This document shows positions 47,617 to 57,290 of a stretch of 64,000 nt of DNA, piece after piece. The position numbers and the translations under genes were made by a program. The stretch comes from a virus: the IMG/VR virus record IMGVR_UViG_3300020220_003261, one strand, 5' to 3'. The notes under the pieces are model-generated. The model saw only the letters and a program-made list of their open reading frames with translations, did no database searches and was not told the origin of the DNA. Within the stretch, counting starts at the first letter, position 1; the number at the start of each line of letters is the position of its first letter.

Positions 47617-48722
47617 ATTTCTTTTTTAATTTCGATTAACATATTACCTATATTATATTGATTAGGTTTATATTCAGGAATTGATAATCTTAATTTTTGT
47701 AATGTATAAACATCTTCATCTGTAAATGGTGAGGTTTCATAAATTATTACATCCACCATGTCAGTTAAAGTAAATTTACTTCTCAAATCGTATCTAGTAT
47801 TCTTCTGTTCGTTTTCAATATAGTCATCAGGTATTATACCTAAATCTATCTTATCAAAAAAAGGTTCAATTTCATATAACCTATTACAATTTCTTGTTAA
47901 TAAAGACATTGTGAATGTTTTAAATTTAAACGGGTTATCCTCCCAATATCTCATCTCATTAAATGCGGATATTGGTATTCCCCATTTCCTCACAAAGTTT
48001 CTATTTGATGATATTTCATATTTAAATCTATCGTTTTTATAATCGTTTCCGAATCTAGATGTTTGAGAAACAAAATGATATGTTATTGCACATTCAGTTG
48101 TTTTTAGATCGTAACCTTTCAATTTAGCACGGATTAAAAAATCATCATCCTCACAAAAACAAGGAATAAAACTGAATCCATCAAACATCCCAACATCTTC
48201 AAACATTTTTTTATATCCACTCATAAAAAAAACTGCGCCATCATATAGTGTTATGTCATTTTTGTGATCTTCGACATAACTATCAAAAGATATGTAATCA
48301 AATTCTTGAAATGTTCTACCCATATCAATTAAAACTTTACCTGGCCTTCTATGTGTGGTAAAAATTGGAGGTTCAATTGTTGTATAACACAAAACCATTT
48401 TCTCATTTAACAACCTATCAATATTTTCTAAGAAATTTTTACCAATGACCATGTCATTGTGAATTAAAACTAATTTTTCGGTATCAACAAGATTAATACC
48501 TGTGTTATATGTTTCAGAAAATGTTAATCTATCATCATCATGAAATATTGTGAGATAATCATCTTCATTTGATGTATTTTCTAACCATTGTTTAGTCCCA
48601 TCATATGACCCACCGCTACTAATTACAATTGGAATTTTAGGGTATATTTCACGTATTCTTTTATAACAATTTTTTGTTAATTCTAAATTATTATAAACCG
48701 CTAAAACAAAACTTATGTCCAT
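47613..48722 (-). CDS. GT2 family glycosyltransferase
   Basis: SFVLAVYNN, LIHNDM, FCEDDDF, YHFVSQT. Confidence 0.85.
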   Translation of the reverse strand: MDISFVLAVYNNLELTKNCYKRIREIYPKIPIVISSGGSYDGTKQWLENTSNEDDYLTIFHDDDRLTFSETYNTGINLVDTEKLVLIHNDMVIGKNFLENIDRLLNEKMVLCYTTIEPPIFTTHRRPGKVLIDMGRTFQEFDYISFDSYVEDHKNDITLYDGAVFFMSGYKKMFEDVGMFDGFSFIPCFCEDDDFLIRAKLKGYDLKTTECAITYHFVSQTSRFGNDYKNDRFKYEISSNRNFVRKWGIPISAFNEMRYWEDNPFKFKTFTMSLLTRNCNRLYEIEPFFDKIDLGIIPDDYIENEQKNTRYDLRSKFTLTDMVDVIIYETSPFTDEDVYTLQKLRLSIPEYKPNQYNIGNMLIEIKKEI

Positions 48723-49567
48723 TTACTCAAATATGCTTTTATATAGTCATCAATATTTTTTACAGGATTCCAACCTAAAAGTTCTTTTGCTAAAAAAGAT
48801 TCACATAAAGTTTCTTGTGATTCTCCAGGTAAATCCTCTGAGTAAATTTTTTCTTTACCATACATTTCTGCAATTTCATTTATAGAATAATTATGACCTC
48901 TTCCAAATTCAAAGACATTACCCCAACTTTCTTTTTCTTTAATTTTTATTAAACCATCAACAATATCTTCAACATGAGTAAAATCTCTTCTTTTTTCTCC
49001 ATTACCATAAATCGTTAAAGGATTGTTGTTTTCGATTAAATTTTCCCATCTACCAATTAATGTTGTATAACCACCCGTTTTTAAATGATATGGACCATAA
49101 ACATTATAAAATCTAGCAATTGAACATTTTAATTTAAAATGTTCTTGATAAAGTTTAATTATTTCTTCACCGATGTCTTTACTGAAAGTATATGGATTTT
49201 TAAACTTACCTGAGTGATGTGAACTACTACCAGCATAAATAAGGGGAACATTATTTTTGGAACAATATTCAACTATTTCAAATGTTCCGTTTGCATTCAC
49301 ATCAAAGTATTCTTTAGGATTTTTAAAAGATGGTTGTATTCTTGCAACTGCAGCCAAATGATAAATTACATCAATATTTTTACAATTTCCCCAAGAGTTA
49401 AATCTTCTAATATCATCTTCCAAATATTTTATGGCACCATCAATATGATTATCTTTCAAACCTGTTGTGTAATTGTCTATTGATATTATAAAATGACCCT
49501 CATTTAATAACCTTTTAATTAAATTGGTTCCAACAAAACCAGCTCCACCCGTTACAATAATTCTCAT
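48713..49567 (-). CDS. NAD-dependent epimerase/dehydratase
   Basis: VTGGAGFVG, HLAA, YTFSK, RFYNVYGP, RDFTHVED. ATG 49567 preferred. Confidence 0.9.
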   Translation of the reverse strand: MRIIVTGGAGFVGTNLIKRLLNEGHFIISIDNYTTGLKDNHIDGAIKYLEDDIRRFNSWGNCKNIDVIYHLAAVARIQPSFKNPKEYFDVNANGTFEIVEYCSKNNVPLIYAGSSSHHSGKFKNPYTFSKDIGEEIIKLYQEHFKLKCSIARFYNVYGPYHLKTGGYTTLIGRWENLIENNNPLTIYGNGEKRRDFTHVEDIVDGLIKIKEKESWGNVFEFGRGHNYSINEIAEMYGKEKIYSEDLPGESQETLCESFLAKELLGWNPVKNIDDYIKAYLSKWT

Positions 49568-50535
49568 TTTGAATATATTTTCAACCAATGTTCAATCATT
49601 TCATCCATCATAGATTCGAAAGTATATTCTGGTTTCCAACCTAAAATATTTCTAACCTTAGATGAATCTCCTTTAAGATAGGATAATTCTTCAGGTCGTA
49701 AAAATTTTTGATTTTGGATTATATATTCTTGATAATCCAAACCTAATGTTTCAAAAACATATTTACACATGTCTCTTACTGATCTACTTTCCCCTGTTGC
49801 GACAACAAAATCATCTGGTGATGTGTGATTATTAATCAAATGCATAGCCTTTACATAATCTTTAGAATGCCCCCAATCTCTATATGCATCCAAATTTCCT
49901 AACTCTAAACTTTTTTGTAATCCAAGTTTTATTCTTACTGCAGCCTTCACAACTTTATTTGTGACAAAGTTGGACCCCCTTCTTGGAGATTCATGATTAA
50001 AAAGAATACCATTTGTTGCAAACAAATTATATGCATGTCTATAATTTCTAACAATATTATACCCAAACACTTTTGTGCAACCATATGGTGATACTGGTGT
50101 CATTCTTGTTGTTTCTCTTTGAAATCCATCATCGTCTACGGAGGAACCAAACATCTCAGATGAAGAGGCTTGATAAAATCTAGCATTCGGACATGAAGTT
50201 CTATACGCCTCCAACATATTTAAAACTCCCACCGCATTTGATTGAGCTGTAAAAATTGGAATATCAAAACTAATTCTTACATGTGACTGTGCACCAATAT
50301 TATAAATTTCATCAGGTTGTATTTGATCTAACAATCTGTGTAAGGTAGAATAATCGATAAGATCACCATAATAAGTTTTTACCTTATCTTCAAGATGTCC
50401 AATTCTACTTTCTTGATGTTCTGGTGTTGAATTTCTCCTAACAATACCATGTATTTCATATCCTAAATCTAATAAGTGTTCGGCTAAATAACTTCCGTCT
50501 TGTCCCGCAATACCCGTGATAAATGCTTTCTTCAT
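49564..50535 (-). CDS. gmd: GDP-mannose 4,6-dehydratase
   Basis: ITGIAGQDGSYLAE, AQSHVRISF, QASSSEMFG, SPYGCTK, FNHESPRRG.FVT, RDWGH. Confidence 0.95.
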   Translation of the reverse strand: MKKAFITGIAGQDGSYLAEHLLDLGYEIHGIVRRNSTPEHQESRIGHLEDKVKTYYGDLIDYSTLHRLLDQIQPDEIYNIGAQSHVRISFDIPIFTAQSNAVGVLNMLEAYRTSCPNARFYQASSSEMFGSSVDDDGFQRETTRMTPVSPYGCTKVFGYNIVRNYRHAYNLFATNGILFNHESPRRGSNFVTNKVVKAAVRIKLGLQKSLELGNLDAYRDWGHSKDYVKAMHLINNHTSPDDFVVATGESRSVRDMCKYVFETLGLDYQEYIIQNQKFLRPEELSYLKGDSSKVRNILGWKPEYTFESMMDEMIEHWLKIYSK

Positions 50536-51506
50536 TTTATATTTTTTAATATGTTAATATCATTTTTTACCATTTTTTCAACCATCTCTTCAAATTTTGT
50601 TTTAGGTTCCCATCCCAAAATGTTTTTTGCCTTTGAATAATCACCTCTAATTGCATCCATTTCAATCGGTCTAATAAACTTCGGATCTACCTTAATATAT
50701 TTTGTCCATTCAGATTCACCAATGAAATTAAAAGCAATGTTTAACAAATCCTCTATTGTTCTAGATTTATTGGTCGATAAAATATAATCATCAGGATTTT
50801 CTTGTTGTAACATCAACCACATACCCTCAACAAAATCGAGTGAATAACCCCAATCTTTCGCAATTTTTATATTTCCTAATGTTATTGAGTCAGATAAACC
50901 TAAATGAATTTTAGCAACACCGTTTGTTATTTTTCTTACAACAAATCTAACACCTCTTCTTTCACTTTCATGATTAAATGCAATTCCACTACAGTTAAAC
51001 ATTCCATATGATTCTCTATAATTTTTAGTAATCCAATGTGCATATAATTTAGCAACAGCATATGGCGATTTTGGATATAATGGTGTTGTTTCCTTAACAG
51101 GGTTTTCATACATTTTACCAAACATTTCTGATGAAGATGCTTGATAAAATTTTAAGTCTTTATTTCCGTGTTCCCTTATTGCATCTAATAATCTGAGAAC
51201 ACCTAATCCGGTTATATTTGCCTGTGATTCGGGTGTCATCCAACTATCACCAACAAAAGACTGTGCTGCAAAGTTATAGACTTCGTCTGGATTAGATTCC
51301 TTTAAACATTTTGAAAGAGAACTTCCATCGACTAAATCACCTTTAAGAAATGTAACTTTACCAATTAAATGTGATGAGTTTATTCTGTTTTCTTCGGATT
51401 CAGTTCTTTCCATACCAAAAACTTCGTAACCTTTTGACAATAAAAAATCTGCCAAATGAGATCCGTCCATACCATTTATTCCAGTAATAAGTGCTCTTCT
51501 ATTCAT
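50532..51506 (-). CDS. gmd: GDP-mannose 4,6-dehydratase (second copy)
   Basis: ITGINGMDGSHLAD, AQSFVGDS, QASSSEMFG, SPYAVAK, FNHESERRG. Confidence 0.9.
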   Translation of the reverse strand: MNRRALITGINGMDGSHLADFLLSKGYEVFGMERTESEENRINSSHLIGKVTFLKGDLVDGSSLSKCLKESNPDEVYNFAAQSFVGDSWMTPESQANITGLGVLRLLDAIREHGNKDLKFYQASSSEMFGKMYENPVKETTPLYPKSPYAVAKLYAHWITKNYRESYGMFNCSGIAFNHESERRGVRFVVRKITNGVAKIHLGLSDSITLGNIKIAKDWGYSLDFVEGMWLMLQQENPDDYILSTNKSRTIEDLLNIAFNFIGESEWTKYIKVDPKFIRPIEMDAIRGDYSKAKNILGWEPKTKFEEMVEKMVKNDINILKNIK

Positions 51507-52101
51507 TTTTGAAAATATCCATTTGTGTTAAATCCGGCCAATCGGTAACAACCCATTGTCTTGGTGTAGTTTCAATTGCCCTTTGTAATTTATCCAAACC
51601 CATTTGAGCGGTCTCGGGAGTCATATAATAGTGATAACCTATTGTATTAATGTTTTGATTTCTCCAAGGTATATTCGGTAATCTACCATCATAAGACATT
51701 TTTTTTAATTCCACTGCTGCTTTTTCATCATCAAGTAAGATCATACCTCCCCTACCTAATGATAAATGTTTTTGATATTGAAAACTTAAACACATAAAAG
51801 TGTTAGGAATGTATGAATCCTTTTTCCATAAAACCGCAGCATCTATGATTCTTTTATCACCATAATTCAAAGTGTAGTAATCTGTCCAAAATTCTTCCCT
51901 CCATACTCTTCCGATTCCTAATTTTTCCGATAAAAAAGGAATCGATAGATATGTATTTTTTGGAACATTTATTTTGGTTTCTTTTGTATATCTTAAACAA
52001 AGTTCTATTCCATGTGTGCAACTATCAACCGCAACCGCATATTTGGAACCAAAAAAGTTAGATATTTCTTTTTCAAAACTTGAAATAATATCAAAATTCA
52101 T
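51499..52101 (-). CDS. DegT/DnrJ/EryC1/StrS-like PLP enzyme, miniaturised (200 aa)
   Basis: AVDSCTHGIEL, IDAA, SFQYQKHL..GRGGMI, GYHYYM. Confidence 0.8.
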   Translation of the reverse strand: MNFDIISSFEKEISNFFGSKYAVAVDSCTHGIELCLRYTKETKINVPKNTYLSIPFLSEKLGIGRVWREEFWTDYYTLNYGDKRIIDAAVLWKKDSYIPNTFMCLSFQYQKHLSLGRGGMILLDDEKAAVELKKMSYDGRLPNIPWRNQNINTIGYHYYMTPETAQMGLDKLQRAIETTPRQWVVTDWPDLTQMDIFKNE

Positions 52102-52135
52102 TTTAAAATATATTAAAAATTTGTTGTTTAAACAA

Positions 52136-52684
52136 TTAAATTGTCATCTTTTTATTACACTCAACATTTAAACTTATTAACACACCATTTTCTTTATCCA
52201 TGTGGGGAATATATGCTTGTGAATGATCATCCTCATTTTCATGATCTGTTAATCTCCAATCATATCTTCTGATACCATCAAATCCACATGAATATAAAAT
52301 ATCTGAAATTGATTTATAATCATAAGTTGTCTTATGATATATTATATTATTACCCATATTCATTTTCCCATATAAAGGTCCTAAAAACCTACTCAGCTCA
52401 ATTTTCCTTTTGACATATAATTCGGTCATAATTTCAAAATCGGGAACAGCAAGTCTTAATAATCCATTTAGTTTTAAAACTCTGTTCCATTCTTTTAATA
52501 CGTCAAGAACTTCTACCCTATCAAAGTATTCTATAACGTGAGATGAGTATATTAAATCAACTGAATTATCTTTAAATGGAATTTTAGTTATATCATGTGA
52601 ATGTAAATGTGAAAAATTACCACCATCTATATGAATCCAATCAGAACCAAAATTTCTTTTTCCACAACCTAAGTGTAATTTCAT
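52136..52684 (-). CDS. Methyltransferase type 11-like
   Basis: LHLGCG, DLIYSSHVIEY, EWNRVLK..GLLRLAVPD. Confidence 0.85.
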   Translation of the reverse strand: MKLHLGCGKRNFGSDWIHIDGGNFSHLHSHDITKIPFKDNSVDLIYSSHVIEYFDRVEVLDVLKEWNRVLKLNGLLRLAVPDFEIMTELYVKRKIELSRFLGPLYGKMNMGNNIIYHKTTYDYKSISDILYSCGFDGIRRYDWRLTDHENEDDHSQAYIPHMDKENGVLISLNVECNKKMTI

Positions 52685-52688
52685 GATT

Positions 52689-53102
52689 TTAATTTATGAA
52701 TGTTTTATCCATTGATTGTCCTTCATAAGGTCCAGTCTTATATTCATAGACTAGTGTCTCATCTTCGAGTATTAAATAGTTATGACCACCTTCTAAAGTA
52801 AAACTCGTATCACCTGGATATAAAATTGGTTCGGATATAATATTATCATCTAAATCATAAAAAATACATTTTACACTTCCACTTATCACAACCCAACTTT
52901 CTTGTGCAATAACATTACGATTTCTTTCTTTCCAAATATGTCTGTGAGGTCTAAAAGTTTTACCCTCATTCATGTTCAACATAGAACATTGAATAAAATT
53001 ATCTTCAGAAATAATATCCTCTCTACCAGGTTTCATATCTTTCTTTCTGACAATTATGTGTAATAATTTATTGGGATCAATTTTACTATATATTTTTTCC
53101 AT
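52689..53102 (-). CDS. WbuC-like cupin
   Basis: PHRH..QESWVVISG..GGHNY..E.KTGPY. Confidence 0.65.
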   Translation of the reverse strand: MEKIYSKIDPNKLLHIIVRKKDMKPGREDIISEDNFIQCSMLNMNEGKTFRPHRHIWKERNRNVIAQESWVVISGSVKCIFYDLDDNIISEPILYPGDTSFTLEGGHNYLILEDETLVYEYKTGPYEGQSMDKTFIN

Positions 53103-53103
53103 A

Positions 53104-53850
53104 TTAAATTTTTTCTTTTGCTCTAACTTCTTTTAATGGATTTTTAGAATGATTAATATAATTGTTTATATCAATCGGACAACCAAAATCTTCCGTTAAA
53201 CCACCGTGTTTAAGTTCTTTATTGTACAGTTTAAAACAAGATTCTAAAACCCAATTATCCGCCCATTCAGGTTCATTTACAAAAACATTACCTGATAAGT
53301 AATAATTTAAATAAAATTTTGCGAAATCTTTAGTCTTTTCATTAATTTTTATGAATTGAAAACCACTTTCTATCCAATCTTTATATCTCAGTATAACCAA
53401 CCAATCATTTTCTTCAAAATATTCATAAAAGTTATCAGGTAAATCTTTACATAGATAAGAGTCAACATCCGCCCAAATCATTACATCACCTATTTCAAAC
53501 ATTTCAATTGCGTCACAAATTGCAACTACTTTTCTAAACCAAAAGGGAGAATTCTTCATATAATAATTTGAAGATTTATAACAATCTTTAAAAGGTGATG
53601 TGATTAGAAAATCTTTTAACCATTTATTATTTTCAAATAAATCCATGTATTGAATATTTTTATAATTTTCTAATTTTGAAAAATCAATAGATTGATTATA
53701 CATAGAATTATCGAATGAATTTTCATGATAAACAAAAATTTTATTTTTTGTATATGAATTAGGTATGTTTTTCATGAAAAGATTGTGACTATGATTATAC
53801 AATCTTGTATTGAAAGAGGTAACAAATTTATAATTTTCAGGTAATTTCAT
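53104..53850 (-). CDS. Putative GT-A (DxD) glycosyltransferase
   Basis: FRKV.AI, MIWADVDS, ESGF, WADNWV. Confidence 0.55.
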   Translation of the reverse strand: MKLPENYKFVTSFNTRLYNHSHNLFMKNIPNSYTKNKIFVYHENSFDNSMYNQSIDFSKLENYKNIQYMDLFENNKWLKDFLITSPFKDCYKSSNYYMKNSPFWFRKVVAICDAIEMFEIGDVMIWADVDSYLCKDLPDNFYEYFEENDWLVILRYKDWIESGFQFIKINEKTKDFAKFYLNYYLSGNVFVNEPEWADNWVLESCFKLYNKELKHGGLTEDFGCPIDINNYINHSKNPLKEVRAKEKI

Positions 53851-53851
53851 T

Positions 53852-54712
53852 TTAATATTTTTGTGATATTACTCTTGATATTTCAGCAAAACTACTTAGT
53901 GGGTGATATATCAATATGTTAGTGTGTGCCAATAAATAAATGTCTTCTAACCCCTCTTGTGCAACTTCTGTGGTTATCGCAAAACTTGTATGATCATTCC
54001 ATTCTTTTTTGGAATCTTTTTTAACTATGTAATTTTCTTTTTTCCTTAATATGATACTGTCACTAAACAAATCACATATTACATTTTCATAATCAGGATC
54101 TTCAGTTGATAGAAAAATTTTTTGTTTAGGATTTTGTTCTAATAATTTTTTTATTGCATTAACATATAAGGTCAGAGGTGCACCAAAATCTGTTCCTCTA
54201 GCATGAACACCAATCACATTTTTATTTAAACCTAATTCCCCAACATAGTGATCTATTTTTTGTTGAACTTTTTTTATTGGTTTAAGATTTATTAAGAATT
54301 CAGCGCAGTCTTTTTTATCTACAGTTGGTAAAAAGTTATTATGGTATATTATAACATTTTTTTGTTTATCGTCATATGAAAATGATTCGTAATGTCTATA
54401 TGGATTCTTCAAAGACAATTCTTTTAAAGTAGTTCTTCCAAACTTTGTGACTTCTCTGTCTATACCGTGACCACCGTGACCCGATTCTGTTAACAATAAA
54501 CAATCATCTAAATTAGAAAGATCTTCTAATGAAAGAACATCAAGATCGTTTTCGAATAACTCATCAAATCTTGCTAAACAACCGTTTGTAGTGATGTTGT
54601 CCCAATATGCTTTTAATTGTCTACCAGATTTTTTTGAAATTGCATAACAAGAAGATAATGGTCTCAACCTATTTCCCATTCCACTTGTTGAATAATTTAT
54701 TATTGTTTTCAT
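53852..54712 (-). CDS. NodZ/O-fucosyltransferase-like glycosyltransferase
   Basis: SGMGNRL, IGVHARGTD, IFLSTED, DIYLLA..SSF. Confidence 0.7.
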   Translation of the reverse strand: MKTIINYSTSGMGNRLRPLSSCYAISKKSGRQLKAYWDNITTNGCLARFDELFENDLDVLSLEDLSNLDDCLLLTESGHGGHGIDREVTKFGRTTLKELSLKNPYRHYESFSYDDKQKNVIIYHNNFLPTVDKKDCAEFLINLKPIKKVQQKIDHYVGELGLNKNVIGVHARGTDFGAPLTLYVNAIKKLLEQNPKQKIFLSTEDPDYENVICDLFSDSIILRKKENYIVKKDSKKEWNDHTSFAITTEVAQEGLEDIYLLAHTNILIYHPLSSFAEISRVISQKY

Positions 54713-55411
54713 TTAATATTTTTTATGTTTTCCTTGATCTTCAAAGTATTCATTTCCTTCGTTCTTTCCCCCCATTGAAAATAAGTTTGAAAATCCCCTT
54801 AATCTTTTCTTTTTTATTCTATCTTTCATTCTCCATAAACAGAAAGGAAAACTTATTTGATCTCTTGAACTAAATCTACATAGTTGTTCCCACCACATTA
54901 GTTGTAATTCTTTAACCACATCACTTGTTTTAACAATAAAAGTTGACATTTCGAATAAACCAAAATCGGTTGGCATTCCCATATACTTATAAAATTTAAA
55001 CTGATTTTCTAAATTTTCTCTGTGATCAAGTTGCCATTGCGCACAAGCTGATATTTCTTGATATATACATTTTCTGTCAGGATGTTTAAAAAGAAAAAGA
55101 TCTACATCAGAACCGTATTCATCTATTATACTTTGAGGATCTTTTTTTAGTTGGTGATTACCGTCTACCCAAATTATGTATTCATATTGTGGAAACATCA
55201 GGGAACTTATAATTTTGTAAGGCTTAGCGTTTCTTCTGTTTGTAAAATTATCAATATTTGAAAATTTAAAAACATCTTTTTGTTCCCATACTTTTACTTC
55301 GTACGATTTATCAACAAATGAAATGTAATCACAATTATCAAAAACTATTAGGGGATCCACTAAATCGTCTTTTCCATCTGTGATTGATGTTATTACTAAA
55401 AATTTTTTCAT
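54713..55411 (-). CDS. DUF616 (TOD1/MUCI70-like) glycosyltransferase
   Basis: TSITDGKDDL, IWVDGN, HPDRKCIYQE, RDQISFPF. Confidence 0.8.
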   Translation of the reverse strand: MKKFLVITSITDGKDDLVDPLIVFDNCDYISFVDKSYEVKVWEQKDVFKFSNIDNFTNRRNAKPYKIISSLMFPQYEYIIWVDGNHQLKKDPQSIIDEYGSDVDLFLFKHPDRKCIYQEISACAQWQLDHRENLENQFKFYKYMGMPTDFGLFEMSTFIVKTSDVVKELQLMWWEQLCRFSSRDQISFPFCLWRMKDRIKKKRLRGFSNLFSMGGKNEGNEYFEDQGKHKKY

Positions 55412-55412
55412 A

Positions 55413-56399
55413 TTATCGCCAAAATGAATATAATCCGTTTCTTATTTCGTATTCAGACCATTTATATCTTTCTCTTTTTGGTTGTTGTTTAGCCCATTCC
55501 CACATAATTTTAATTCCATCATACAGTGATGTCCTATCACAATAACCAAGGATCTCAACCGATTTTTGCCACGTTGGATGTGCATTTTTTACTTCATGTC
55601 TTTGTTCTATATAAACAGTTTGACCCCCTTGAATGATATCTTTTAAAATATTATTAGCCTCATTTATGGTATAGTATTTTGTGGCACCTAAATTAAAAAT
55701 TTGTTTAGAACAATTATCTTGTTGTGAGGCTCTCCATAAACCCTCTAAAGAATCATCAATAAAACTAAATGCTCTTTTTTGTTCACCATCACCAAATATT
55801 GTCATCTTTTCACCATTCATATATTGATACATCCAAATACCAATTACGTTTCTATATTTGTCCCAAATATTTTGTTTTACACCATAAAAATTATGAGGTC
55901 TTATAATACACCAATCCAATCCGTGTTGTTCACCTGCTACTTTAATATCCATTTCACATGCATATTTTGCGATACCATAGGGATCAACTGGTTGAGGTAA
56001 ATCATTTTCATTAAACGGAGGGTTACCATTTCCATAAACGGCCATTGAGGAAGTAAAAACCAATCTTTTTATATTATGTTTGATACAGGCATTTACAATT
56101 TTAACTGTTGCAATCAAATTATTTTGATAGTTGTAACTTCTTATAAATGGTGATAGTCCTTCTGCGGCATAGGCTGCGAAATGAAAAACATAATCAATTT
56201 TTCTTCTACTAAAACAAACATCTAAATCCGCCTCCACCAAATTCATTTTCCAAAAATCAACACGAGTATCAACATTGTCTAAATAACCACCACTCAAATC
56301 ATCTATGCCTGTAATTTTAATATCGGGATACTTTTCTAAAATATAATCTGCTAATCTCGAACCGAGTAAACCAGCAACACCTGTTATAAGAACATTCAT
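55413..56399 (-). CDS. NAD-dependent epimerase/dehydratase (GalE-like)
   Basis: ITGVAGLLG, HFAAYAAEGLSPF, DPYGIAK, RPHN.YG, GDGEQKRAFS. Confidence 0.9.
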   Translation of the reverse strand: MNVLITGVAGLLGSRLADYILEKYPDIKITGIDDLSGGYLDNVDTRVDFWKMNLVEADLDVCFSRRKIDYVFHFAAYAAEGLSPFIRSYNYQNNLIATVKIVNACIKHNIKRLVFTSSMAVYGNGNPPFNENDLPQPVDPYGIAKYACEMDIKVAGEQHGLDWCIIRPHNFYGVKQNIWDKYRNVIGIWMYQYMNGEKMTIFGDGEQKRAFSFIDDSLEGLWRASQQDNCSKQIFNLGATKYYTINEANNILKDIIQGGQTVYIEQRHEVKNAHPTWQKSVEILGYCDRTSLYDGIKIMWEWAKQQPKRERYKWSEYEIRNGLYSFWR

Positions 56400-57019
56400 A
56401 TAGTATTATAAAAATTATTTTGATTTTCTTGTCTTGTTATTGTTTTGTTATGTTCAATAAAATATTCATCATTATCCACTGGGATTAGAGAATAATATTT
56501 CGCACCAATAATTTTTTCATGAACTTTACCCTCCCACCTCAAATTACCTTTATAAATTCTTCCTTGATAATCAGGGAAGTTTATTCTCATTTTATCATCC
56601 ATATTCCATCGCCAGTTTCTAATATGTTCCATAGTTATACCCTCAACGGTATTTAAACGTGGAATATAAAATAAATCTGTCTCAGGATTCAATTCAATAA
56701 TACTTGGTAAGTCTCTAATCAAATCTTTACTTATCATTTCATCAGCATCTAATTGAAATATATAATCTCCAACACAATAATAATTCAATCTGTTTTTCCA
56801 TTCGGCAAAATCTTTTCTAAATCCATTATTCCTCCAAATCTGAACATCTGGTTTTAAATTATAAGGTAAAAGAAAATCTAAAACTTCTTTAAATCCATTT
56901 TTTTCATCAAATAAAATAACAATTTCATCTTCTATCCTTTTGTTCTCAAGAATAAAGGGTAACAATCTTTTAATTTCATCTAATTCATTACAAACTGTAA
57001 TCGCATAACTTATTTTCAT
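56396..57019 (-). CDS. GT2 family glycosyltransferase
   Basis: ISYAITVCNE, YIFQLDADE, FPDYQGRIY, W.GKVHE. Confidence 0.85.
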   Translation of the reverse strand: MKISYAITVCNELDEIKRLLPFILENKRIEDEIVILFDEKNGFKEVLDFLLPYNLKPDVQIWRNNGFRKDFAEWKNRLNYYCVGDYIFQLDADEMISKDLIRDLPSIIELNPETDLFYIPRLNTVEGITMEHIRNWRWNMDDKMRINFPDYQGRIYKGNLRWEGKVHEKIIGAKYYSLIPVDNDEYFIEHNKTITRQENQNNFYNTI

Positions 57020-57288
57020 GCTCTCTCACCTCCTTGATTTATTTCTCTTGCAAAAATTTTGAATGTTCTTCCGTTATCATTAAAAATAATATTTCCATTT
57101 GGTGTCGGTGTAATAACTAAATGTAAATTGTTTTCACCAGATCCCAAATGGACAGGATCATTATCATCAAATTGAAAACAGAACTCTACATTGTGTCTAT
57201 CAAATGATAAAATTGGTTGAACTAAAAAAGTTTCATTTTGTAAAAATCTAATTTCAGGATCCTTACCTCTTAGAAATTTAAAATTCAT
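57016..57288 (-). CDS. Hypothetical protein
   Basis: ORF coupled to flanking genes (4-nt overlap / 2-nt gap). Confidence 0.7.
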   Translation of the reverse strand: MNFKFLRGKDPEIRFLQNETFLVQPILSFDRHNVEFCFQFDDNDPVHLGSGENNLHLVITPTPNGNIIFNDNGRTFKIFAREINQGGERA

Positions 57289-57290
57289 AT

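Noticed and set aside
52124-52135. Palindrome TTGTTTAAACAA between two genes
   Set aside because: An AT-rich 12-mer seen once, in mid-operon, with no supporting context.
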